In this document: piece after piece, positions 22,994 to 34,100 of the stretch | Position numbering within the stretch: the first letter of the stretch is position 1 | Layout: every line of letters starts with the position of its first letter | Origin: Camelus dromedarius | Lineage: Eukaryota | Direction: 5' to 3' | Length of the DNA: 64,000 nt | NCBI RefSeq assembly: GCF_036321535.1 | Contig: NC_087453.1 | Coordinates: 11,780,001-11,844,000 of the forward strand | Notes under the pieces: generated by a model | Database searches by the model: none | What the model was told of the DNA's origin: nothing | Seen by the model: the letters and a program-made list of their open reading frames with translations, nothing else | Translations under genes and position numbers: made by a program

Positions 22994-25900
22994 AGCAAAC
23001 ATTTCAAAGCGCGTGGCCTGAGTGAGGGGCGGACCTGGGAAGTGGGGGTCGGGATCCGCCTGGCTGGGCACCATCCAGCGCGCCACCTGGGACGGAGCCA
23101 CCGGAGCGCCCTCGAGGTTACAAGGAGAGACGACCCAAAGCATTGGGTCATAGGAGCTCGAGGCGGCGCTCCACGCACTCGGCTGCTGGCGCTGGGAGTG
23201 AGCAGCTCAGCCGGGGGTTGGGTGGCGCCTGACGCTTCAAGGCTTCCCCTTGCTTCTAGAATCAATTCCAGATTCCTTCCCTGCCTTCCCACAGCCGCCT
23301 CTCCCCTTGAGAGGCTCCAGCCTCCCTGGGCAAATGACCTCCTTCTTGCTATGGAGCTAAGGTGCCCTTTTAAGCCCTTGGGCCTTTGCACATTCTGTTC
23401 CCCCCTCCTTGGAATGCCGTTCTTCCTTTTAAAGTCTGGCAAATCCTTCTACCCAGCTCAGATGCCATCTCCAAGTTACCAAGACCCAGATCAGGTACCA
23501 GCATCTCCTCCCTGATCCTTGCCCTGACTGGCTGCCCTCTGGCACCCACAGCCCTTTTATACACAACTCGGTTATAGCAGGTGTTGGGTCAAAACTAATT
23601 AAGTGCAGTGGCAGTTGAGCTTTAGTCAGGCTGAGACTGAATCCTCAGTGCTGGTGACAAACCGCTCTCTGCTTCCTTTCCTAATCTGTAAAATGCGGAC
23701 AATGACCGTACTTACCTCACAGGGTTGTGAAAACGAGTTAATGTGTGCAAAGTGCTTAGAACAGAACCTGGCACGGAGTGAGCGTATAATAAATGCTATT
23801 AGTCATATCATTGTCATCTTGAAACACTGAACTCTGTTATTCATCGCTGCAGCCCTCCCTCTCCAGCTCCATGTGCTCTTCTCCCCTTTCTGTCTCACTC
23901 ACATTTCCCAGATTGTACTTCCAGCCAGGAGCAGTGCTGTGCCAGCATCGCCTCATTTATCCACACAACCCCAGAGGCAGATGCTCTTTTTCCCATTTTA
24001 CAGTTGAGGAAAGAGGGCAGAGTGGGGTGAGGTACCCAGCCATACAGATAACAACCTAGATGATATCTCTGTGTGGTGGAAACAGGATCAGGGCTCTTAA
24101 CTGTGGTACCACCTATCTGTTGATGGTTCTACCCGGGCATCCTGAGAACTTCAAACCGGTCCTGCCCTAAACAGATCCTGCCCCATCTTGCTCTCCCGCG
24201 TCCCCTATCTCAGGGATGCGACCCAAGTCACGACTTCTGGAGCTTGTTTTGTACCTTGAATTTCCTTACTATGCCTTCTCCTTACTTCACCCCTCCTCTC
24301 CAAGTCCACTCAGTGTCATAACTCAGGCCATCACCACAGCTTACCAAGGTGCTGAGAACCTCCTCCCAGCCATCCACTCCCTAGACAAGGTGGCAGCCAG
24401 AATGTTCTTTTGAAAACTGAATCTGATCATGTCACTGTCCTGCTCAAGGCTTCATTAACTGCCAGTTACCTCCCTCACCACCCAATCCCCTTGTCCCTGG
24501 AGCCTTCCTTGACCCTCCTAGTCTTCACTAGGTGCCCCACCTCTGAGCTTTCCTAGCAACATGTGAGCCTATCACCCAAAATTTGAGTGCTTACTACGTG
24601 CCAGGCACTCTTCTAAGGTCCTTCATCTATCCTATGAGGTCACTATCAATATTTCCATTTTACAGAAGTTAAATCTAAGTGCCCAAGTGTATATATGGGG
24701 GTAGAGGGGGGATTCTGACAGTTGTTCTGCCTACCTGGTCTGATCTCTTAACCACTACTCTGTACAGCCCTTATTCTACTCTGTTCACATGCTTGTTTAC
24801 TCCCTAAACTTCATCCTCCTTGAGGACAGGACTGTGGCCTTTTCCCTTTCTCCCCAGCCCCAAATGCACGGTCATTACCTTGCAGGTAGTCAGCAATTGC
24901 ATAGAGTGAATGGAAATAATAATAATCACACCCTCTAATACTTACTGCACTAGTTTCAGAAACCTACATCGAACTGACTTAAACCAAAAAAGCTTTGTTG
25001 GTTCATGATACTGGGAAGCCAAGGAATGAACTAGAGGCCACGGGCTCAAATAGTCATCTCTCCGCTATTTGTCTCTGCTTGGCTTTCTTCCATCTGCAGC
25101 TGTTTCTCCACAGCAGCCAGACTGCCTCTCTCCTCTTTGAGCAACCTAGCAGTAAAATCATTTTACTTTCTCCCAGGGGTTAATTCCAGGGAACACTCTG
25201 TATTGGTTGTGAAATACGGTGTAGGTTGTGTCCAAGGTAGGCCATGTGACCATATGGGGAACCAAACACCATGATCACAGACCACATGGAGAGGCTTCCT
25301 AAGGCAGGCAAAGGTACATCCACCCTGGCCAGCATTTATCAGAACGAACTTAGTGTCAGGTTCTGAGCTCTGCGTGTCTCAGACATCTTCCAGCCAGGTG
25401 AGTTTTGGTTTGAGAGAGGGTCAGAATCAAATGGAGAGCTTGTTGGGGCCCAGAATTTACATTTCTAACAGGTTCCAGGTGACAAGTGGAAGGACAACCG
25501 CATGAGAACATTGCTGTATACTTTTAACTAGAGTGCAGCAGTAAAGATCAACAGGAAGCTGATGAGAAATGCAGGACCTCAGGCCCCACCCAGACCAACA
25601 GAATCAAAATTTGTTTATTTATAAGATCCCAGGCAGATTTACATGCACAGATTGAGCAACACTGGTCTAAGCCCCAAGGAGAGAGCCAACAGCACGCGCT
25701 GAGATGACGAAACTGACTAGAGGTCATCGTTTCCGATCCCAGACCTCACAACTCCAATTCTTTCCACATGTGGCTGCTGGTTGGTGGCAGGGGTGGGGGA
25801 CACACAGGGCAGGAAAGGTCTAGACTGGCTGGAGTAAGAGGAAGGGGTGGGTGAGAACCTTCCTGATGGCCTCCCTGCCATCTCTGCACCCCCACCCCCA

Positions 25901-26730
25901 AGTCGCACAACCAGCTGCAGACAGAGCTGACCAGGCTGGGTGAGAAGGTCAAGACCCAGGCCTTGTTGGAGATATGTTTGTTACCTCAGGAGCTTCCTGC
26001 AGGACCTGGGCCAGACCCCTCACCTCAGCCCGCCTGGACTCGGCTGGTCGGCACAGGGGTATCCCCTCAGGGCCTAAAGGGCTGTAGCAGGCCAGCGGAA
26101 AGAGCCCAAGGGGCTGGGGGCCTGGGCCAGTGGGTGCAGCAGCAGAACTGCTGGTGGAGATGGAGCAGGAGGCTGTTCCCCCTTGGAGTGTGGAGCCATC
26201 TAAGGGGAACCTGGGGCCAGAGGGGAGTTGAGAACTCAATCCTGATGGCTTTCCCTGGCTGTCTCCCCAGACCCTGGCCCTGCTGTAGGGTCACCCGAAT
26301 GTCCTCTTTCCACTGGTCCCCCCCAGCCCGCCCAATTCCTTCCAACACATGCATGCGTGCCCATACACGCACACACTTTCTACAGCTCTGGCTGTTTCAG
26401 CCTAAGGTCTGGTTCAGCCTGTAACACAGCTGGGACAGCAACTATTATTCGCTAACTTTCCTGGTGCACTACTCCATATAAATTGGCATTTTGTGACACC
26501 TATTTTATAGACTAGGAGACAAATGCAGAGTCATAAAATGACTAAGGTCACAAGGGAACAAATTCTGTCACCCCACTGCTCAGCCCTATAGCCTATCAGC
26601 TGCTTCTATTCCCTGGAGAGAGGAGCAGGGCAAGAACCCAGATCCTAAACCTGTCAACCTGACCTCTGCCGATCCTGAACACTTCCAGCGCTACAAGACA
26701 GCAACTTGTTAAAAAAAAACCCAAAATGTA

Positions 26731-26736
26731 TTTATT
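26731..26736 (-). terminator. UBE2C: UBE2C polyadenylation signal
   Basis: tttatt on + reads AATAAA on -, about 170 nt after the stop, followed by a T-rich downstream tract on -. Confidence 0.85.
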
Positions 26737-26907
26737 TAATATATTCATCACAAGGGCTTAACCAGACACTTAATTTAAAAAACAGAAACAAAACAAAAAT
26801 GACACCACAGGTAAGATACAGAGTCTTATACAGAAATCAAGGAAAGGACAGTCCATCTAAGGGAAAAAATGAGACGACGACACAAGGAGAGAGCTGGACA
26901 GCCCGGG

Positions 26908-29900
26908 TCAGGGCTCTTGGCTGGAGACCTGCTTTGAGTAGGTTTCTTGCAGGTACTTCTTAAAGGCTGGAAGAGAACAGGCAGGCTGGTGAGCGAGGGG
27001 ACAGGGGTTAAGATTGACAAGAGGGCCGCAAGGATACAAACAGTGGGAAGAGTTTGGGGGGTGGGGGAGGGGTTTCTCAGCACAAGGGATTCTCCCTCTG
27101 CCAGGATGGGCTCTGCTTCCTTACTAGCAAGCAAGTGAGCAAGTCATTTGCACAAAGCTTTGCCTTCTACTTAAAAAGGCCTCCAACTGACATTCATGTG
27201 GAAAGAGTTAATTTTCTGATTTTATAGCAAACAGGCAAACCAGAAACACCAAGGAAGAGGTGGAACTGGGTTACTTGGGTGAACTCCCCCAACCCTGCTG
27301 TCAGCAGGACAGATTCCCAAGTCACTGGAATCCTTTTGTTGTTTGAGGGAGCCTCTGAAGATTGGGGAGGGATGGCCTGGTGCCCTGAGGGTAAAGGACC
27401 CACCTGTGGGGTTTTTCCAGAGCTCGGCTGCATGTGTGTTCAAAGGGCTATCGATGTTGGGTTCTGCAGGTGGAGAGAAAGAGAATGGTCAGGTGAGGGT
27501 AGAGGAAGCTGGCCTGAGGGAGCCCTGACAGGTCCCCAGGTTGCAGGGGAAGGGGCTGGTCTCAGCAGTCACCTCCAAGCAGGCTCTGGATGGAGAGCAG
27601 GATGGTCCTGACGTCGTACAAGGCGGACCACTTGTCCTTCAGNNNNNNNNNNNNNNNNNNNNNNNNNNNNNNNNNNNNNNNNNNNNNNNNNNNNNNNNNN
27701 NNNNNNNNNNNNNNNNNNNNNNNNNNNNNNNNNNNNNNNNNNNNNNNNNNNNNNNNNNNNNNNNNNNNNNNNNNNNNNNNNNNNNNNNNNTTGGGAGTAA
27801 GCCTCCCAACTTCAGCCTGAGTTCTCAGTCCAAGCCTCACATAAGGGGCTTGCCGGGACTCCTGAGTTTGTCTGGGACTTGACAGAAGACAGAGCATTAA
27901 ACTGGTCTGGTGCTTTCTCTCCTTTCTGGAGGGGACATCAGTGATCCTTTGGTCTAAGGCCCACAGGCCTAACTAAGTCCTTGACTATCCTTCATTCTCT
28001 TCCTTGCTATCTGACCCCCTGTAGCCATCTAAGATGGAGAGCCCTGCCTTAAACCCACCCTCTCACTCTGCAGAGGGAGATCAGGGCTACAGGCTCAGGG
28101 CACAGACATGGGGCAAAGACGTGGAAGCAGACCCAGCACTTGGGTGTCACCTCCCACCTCTTCCTAGACTCAGCCAAATCACACTTCCCATCCCACCCAC
28201 ACTTACCGTGCCAGCTGCTCCATGGATGGTCCCCACCCACTTGAAAAGGTTGTCTGACTCGGGGAAGGCAGAAATCCCTTTGTCACCAGACATCTGGGGA
28301 GGAAACACAACACTGCTGGGCTGTGTTCTTGGGGGTCAGTGGGTTAAACAACTCCTTTTAACCTCGTCACATTTTGATCCAAAATAAAGCCACCAGACCG
28401 AGTTGATAGGCTTTTCTGAGGGAGTGGCTAGATTCTAGGGGCTGAATATGCCCCTCTGGGGAATATTGGGATTAAGAGATCCATCACCAGGCTAAGGAGG
28501 GAGGACTGTGCAGGGACGCAGAGGGCAGCTCTGTACCCACAGTTTTGCTGGTTGCTGGGAATTCAACAGGACATTTTTTTTTTAATTCAACATGGTTTTT
28601 AAAAAAATTGAAGTATAGTCAATTTACAAATGTGTTAGTCTCTGGTGTACAGCATAGTGACTCAGTTATACACATACAGCTTTTTCATTATAGGTTACTA
28701 CAAGATACTGAATACAGTTCCCTGTGCTATATACAGTAGTACCTTGGTGTTTATCTATTTTATATATAGTAGTTAGTATCTGCAAATCTCAAACTCCCAA
28801 TTTATCTCTCCCCCTATCCCCTAACATACTATTGAGTGCTGGTTATATACAAAACCCAGAGACTATTCACAGACCGGGAAGATAAACAATATGCGCATTG
28901 AAGGATGTGAGTTGAAATCCAGGGTTAAGGTATAAAGGGAAAAATTTACGTAAAAAGGGAACAGGATTAGAAATATTAAGAAGAGTGGAGAGTTGGGTGT
29001 GGATAAATCTCAGGGCAGGGAAGTAGGGTCAGGCAGGACAGGAAGGCCTTGAATGGCTTCTGGGAGCTGTATTTTATGGGTAGCTTCATTGTTGGGGGAT
29101 GGCACCTGGAGTAGAGACTGCTAGGAGAAAAGGTGTGTAGGTGGGGTGTATTAACTTCTTCCTAGCGGAGAGCAAACTGGACTCATCTTTTTACCTCCAT
29201 GTCTATCAAAGACCCTGATAGAGGAAAGGAGGCTACTGATACGTGACCAGGAGGTAGGAGGGCGGACCAGTTGGTTGGGGATCTGGGATTTAGTCACTCA
29301 CCATGAGGGTCATCAGCTCCTGCTGTAGCCTGCAAAAAGAGCATTCGGGGTCACCTGGGAGCCTAGATGGGCCAGGGCTCCTGGTGGTACATCTCCTCCC
29401 ACCCCAATCTCTCTGGAGCAGCTGTCATGAGGCTTTCTCTTCACCCTAAGGTCGGACTTAGCTGGGGGCACGGTCACCCCCATTTCCACAGGAGAGTCCT
29501 AGTGAGTCCTCACTCTCCCTTAATTCCAGGTTCCCGTCCCGCAGGACAGCTCTGGCTTGTTCTTAACCCTCTCTTTTCTGGCGTTCTGTGCCGGATCTCA
29601 GCTTATCTCCTCTCCCCCGCCACCGCCTTCCAGCCAAACCACTGAGGGTTCCCGGCGCATCCTCATCTTGGCTTACCCTCAGAGGATCCTGGCAGCGTCC
29701 CTACCAACCTTCTTCGGGGGGGGGAGGTGTCCTCTAAGAGCAGACGAGCTCCTAGTGTGTCCCTCCACCTCCCATATCTTACCCGCTCCAGGAGGAGGTG
29801 GGGGTCCCAGAAGTCTTCACTCTCTCCCTCAATGCCCAGGGCGTGCCAAGCTCGGAGAGTTTTACCTTCACACTACTCACCTCTTGCCCACGGGGCCCCG

Positions 29901-29981
29901 GGCGGCGCCCCCACTGGGCTCGGCTCCTTTACGAGCGGCGGCGACACTGGCAGCGGCTGGGTCACGGTTCTGGGAAGCCAT
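26908..29981 (-). CDS. UBE2C: Ubiquitin-conjugating enzyme E2 C (UbcH10), 6 exons, 179 aa (exon 4 mostly masked)
   Basis: Exons 29981-29881, 29329-29302, 28293-28207, predicted 27777-27573 (only 27642-27573 visible: LKDKWSALYDVRTILLSIQSLLG), 27463-27404, 26966-26908. MASQNRDPAAASVAAARKG...SAFPESDNLFKWVGTIHGAAGT...EPNIDSPLNTHAAELW...SSQEP*. Confidence 0.97.
27643..27790. other. 148-nt N-run covering the 5' 135 nt of UBE2C exon 4 and about 13 nt of its acceptor
   Basis: Same length as the TNNC2 N-run; exon arithmetic closes to 179 aa if length is preserved. Confidence 0.85.
28575..28820 (-). mobile_element. LINE-1 3' end (cetartiodactyl type)
   Basis: ttgaagtatagtcaatttacaaatgtgttagtctctggtgtacagcatagtgactcagttata...gtatctgcaaatctcaaactcccaatttatc. 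Confidence 0.8.
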
Positions 29982-30039
29982 CCGGACGGCGCTGGGAGAG
30001 AGACGGGAAACTCAAAGACTGTGACCACGGCTGCAACTG

Positions 30040-30300
30040 CGGGGCTGCGGGAACGCCCGCCCGCGTTTGAATTGTAACCCTCCTGCAGCCTGGCCAGTCA
30101 GCGTCTCGCTTGGGTTTGATCCAGCCAATAGGACGAGCCAGAGCGCTCTGTCACCACGCATCTGCTAGACCCACCCACCAGTGCATCGCTATTGGGCGGC
30201 GGGATCCTGCTTCTGAATGATTGGCAAGAGACGCTGTCATTAATTAACGGACCTGTAACGGATTGGTGGCCTTTGGAAAACGCCGACCATTAAAGGGTCC
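30040..30300 (-). promoter_or_regulatory. UBE2C: UBE2C G2/M-type promoter (CHR plus NF-Y boxes)
   Basis: CHR hexamer TTTGAA 30066-30071 near the presumed TSS; CCAAT/ATTGG at 30125, 30191, 30220 and 30262; TATA-less and CpG-rich. Confidence 0.75.
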
Positions 30301-30926
30301 AGGAAAAGTCCACGTGGGATGAATCTCTTTAGGTTGAACTTCCGGCTAGGATGCCTACTCCCAAGGGAAGGGAAGGGTTCCAATCTCGTGGCCCTGGCAC
30401 TCTTCCCTCAAGCCAGAACCCGAACTCCCCAACGTATTATTAATGTCCTGGACACTCTGGTTAGTGTCTGAAAATTCAGGCAAGGGGAAAAACTAGGGGC
30501 TGATGACCAGAGCAGGAGACTCCCTATTGGAAAACAGGTTGAAAGGCTGCATCTCCAACGGTTTGCTGTGTTACCTTGGGCACATATTTAATGTTTTAAC
30601 CTACAAAATAGGGGTGATAAAAGTCACTCTACATTTTTCTTCTGGTTTGTCATCAACCTCCCATGGTGCCAGCCATCACATTCTGCTACTTCCATACCTT
30701 AGTTGGGTGAGGAAATAAAAAACAGAGGGACTGGGAAGGCTGGCAAGGTACAGGGTGTTCCCAGCTTCCTCACAAAACAGACATGCATGAGGCACTGGGC
30801 TTCCTGGGGCTAAGCAGGGATGGGGGAGGGGTGCCTCGTCATTTTTGCCTACACCCACTTCCTCCAGAGCCCTTGATGTTCTGTCAGCCCCCACAGGCAG
30901 ACCGCACAGCAGGCTCACCATCTGTG

Positions 30927-30932
30927 TTTATT
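30927..30932 (-). terminator. DNTTIP1: DNTTIP1 polyadenylation signal
   Basis: tttatt on + reads AATAAA on -, about 210 nt after the stop at 31143. Confidence 0.85.
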
Positions 30933-31142
30933 ACAAACTGTTTAATTGCTTCTTATCCCAATAACTTTACAAATATAGAACCACATGCCAGTCTGGGGGT
31001 GCTCTGCAGTGAGTCACTACAAACTAGCCCAGGCATAGCTTAATGCCGCTGAAATCCAATGGAGCAGTCCCAGCATTGACCTCAGCCATGTGGGTAAGAG
31101 GGACTTGGAGGAGGGCTGCCAAGAGTAGCTGGGGATGTGGGT

Positions 31143-34100
31143 TCAGGTCTGCGGAGGTGCTTCAACAGTGCGATGCTCATTTTCTGTCCGTAGTGTCTCC
31201 ATGTACTTTCGCATCTTCTCAACCATCCAGGAGGGTAGGACAAAGGATTTCAGTTCATCTAACTTCAAGTCCAGGCATCCTCTGGAACAGACAGTGAGGA
31301 GGAGAGTTGGAGCAAGGGAGGATACAGGTCCAGGTTCATCCCAGGGGCTACTGTGGGGCAGGGGGAGGGTAACGGACAGATCACTGGTTTTACCTATAGT
31401 CATCACTGGCAGCGAGGTCCCGGATGTCCTCCTCAATGAGAAGGTAAGCCTGGGCAGGAGCAAAGGAGAGTCATCATTGCTTGATTCATTTCAGTCCAAT
31501 TCAACACTTTATCAAACATTTGCTTAATGTAAGGGCTGGAAGCGAGGGGGTGTAGTCATAGTTTATAATTTAGCAAGGGAGAGTAAGTAGGGGGAGACTG
31601 GGGAATAGTTCCCTGAGACAATCTTCCACTCAAGTAGAAATTTTATGGGTGGGAGAATGGGGAGTGGTGACTAATTTATTTATAGCCACTGCCTCTGTTG
31701 AAAAAGGACCCTGAGGTGGCTTAAAATGAAAGGGCCAGAGAACAAGCAAAATATACATGGAAACAGGAAATCAGGAGGAAACCATATGTGAACTCTCGAA
31801 CTACTTTGGTTTTGAACTTTGTGGCAAAAGGGAAAACATGATAAATTGCACTGCTGTCTAGTAACTGGGCTGTGTTGTCCTGGGACCCACAGAACTGCTC
31901 TGGCACAATACCATGGTTTGCAGCGGGAGAACCCTCTTGTGACCTTACCATAGGGGGAGTGTGGTTCATCACAAGAGAGTCTTCTGTGGGAGAGACTTCT
32001 TTCCAGTGTTAGGGTCAGGAATCACTGTGTGTCCCTCGAGTCATCTGACTCTTCATCTTAGGGGCACTGTGAACTATGTAGCTGATTAGGTATTCCTGAG
32101 TAGGCCCTGGAGCTGAATTTGTGAAAACCTATAGAAGTGCATAGGTCTCCCAGGTCGGGAATTTAAAATAAAACTCGTTTTACAACAAGTCTTGCTTGTG
32201 GCTTAATTTTAGATCCTGCTTTTCCTTTTTTCCCTGCTTCTTATTTATGTTATGTGTCAATGGTAAGCTCCCTGAAATCTTTTTTGAAAGAGTATAGCAT
32301 AGAGTAGAAAATACAATAAAAGCAGGGAGGGGTAGCTCAGTGGTAGAGTGCACGCCTAGCATGCACGAGGTCCTGGACTTGCCATTGAAAAATAAATAAA
32401 TAAATAAGCAAACCTAATTACCTCCCCCCAACAACAACAAGAAAAGATGGCTTTCATTGCCAGAAAGGAGCTGGCACTCTGGTTTGCGAGGCCATGAATT
32501 CTAATAGGAGCAGTCCCAGTGGAGAGACTAAGTGAGTCTTCAGGTGGGGGACACTGCATGTGATGGACAAAGCCCTCCATGATAGTCCTGGAACACAGGC
32601 AACCATGATTTTCCTAAGGTTGTTGCTTGATATGGGCTGAGAACTCTTTAAGTAGAGGTAGGTGATTCTGGAAGGAGCTGCCAAGTGTGGAAAACAAGTT
32701 CCATCACATGTGCTAACTCCTTCCGAAAAGGGGTGCTGCCTAAAGTGCTGTGCTGACAAGGGTTCCACAGCTGCGTCTGGGGAAGAGTGCTGTGATCCAT
32801 GAGTGGAATCTGTCAGTGAGCAGCAAAGTGAGGGAAAAGTAGTGCTGTGTCTTGTACCTGCTATCCTTGTATACAGATAATATAGTATGACTATGAGGGG
32901 GTGAAGTGGGAGGGTGAGGGGCAGTGTGCGGGAGACCGAGAGGCAGGGAAGGGAAGCGGGGATTACAGTCTGGTCTTCAGCACGAAGGGATGGGTCCTCT
33001 CTATCGTTACAACGCTCTCTTTCCATATTCGTTGGGCCTGGAGAGTCTCTCATATTTGGAGGTAAGCTGTCACCAGTAGCCCAAACCCTGGTCCCTGGGC
33101 TGGGTGGCTCTGTGGCAGTGGCATGTAAGAACAATGCTTACCATCTTCCCCCCTGTTGCCCGCATGTGATGCTGCTCGGCCAGCCAGTGCTTGTCCTGGG
33201 GGTCAGCTGCATACTGTGAGGAAGTCATGGGGGAGACATTAGCCTAGTGTGATGGGCTTCTCGCACTTGATCCCAGAATATACTCTCAGCCCTTGAGCAG
33301 TTCCTGCCAATAGGACCTCGTCTAGCCTGCTGGATGCAGAGCGCTCACCAGACTCTGCAGAGCAAGTGGAGCTGAGCCCAGGCAGCCAGAGCACGGGACC
33401 CAGTTTCCAGACATGAGTATATTTCTAATTCCTGCCTCTTTCCCTTCTGAAAACACAGCATCTCTGGCAAACTGGTGAGCACTGGTGACTATTATTTTAG
33501 AGCTCCACTCCTGTTTGCAGAAATGAAGTAACTTACAACACATGTGACTACTATGGAGACCGTATTTTCTAAAACAAAAATCATACTTCATGTTCTGGGG
33601 GAGGCAGAACTTAGTTTTGGGGTTCAGAGCTCAGCCTACATGGAACGTGCATGGCAGGCAAGGGTTGTAGGCAGGCCGCATACTCTGCATGCGTGGGCAG
33701 CCAATCCAGCCTGGTGGGCCTCTAGAGGGTGGTGTGTTAAAAAAAAAAGAAAAGAAAAGAAAAGAAAAGAAAAAAACTTGGTTCAGAAATTCTGGTTTTT
33801 GCTACTTATTGAATGGTGTAAATCTGGGCAATAATTTCCTCGAGATACAGTTTCCTTATTTGTAAAACAGAGAGTATTAACACTGAGAGGGTTGTTGTCA
33901 AGAGTAAACAAGACAGTGCATAGAAGGTGGTAAATAAAGTAACTGACACATAACTGACTCAGTAAAGGTAGGTTTTACAAAATAAGCAGAACATTTGAAA
34001 TGGAGACCAAGCTGGGAAATCTATATAGTTACTACCTTTTGAGTTTAATTATGTCACTTCCCATGTAATATAGATATTAATAAAAAAATTTTAAAGTATG

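Noticed and set aside
22146-23515. Several long ORFs (150-236 aa) on both strands at the TNNC2 3' end
   Set aside because: Explained by antisense codon bias of TNNC2 exons and a CpG island poor in stop codons.
32454-33134. 226-aa minus-strand ORF in DNTTIP1 intron 11
   Set aside because: Begins just past the exon 11 donor, has no recognisable motif and overlaps low-complexity purine sequence; probably chance.
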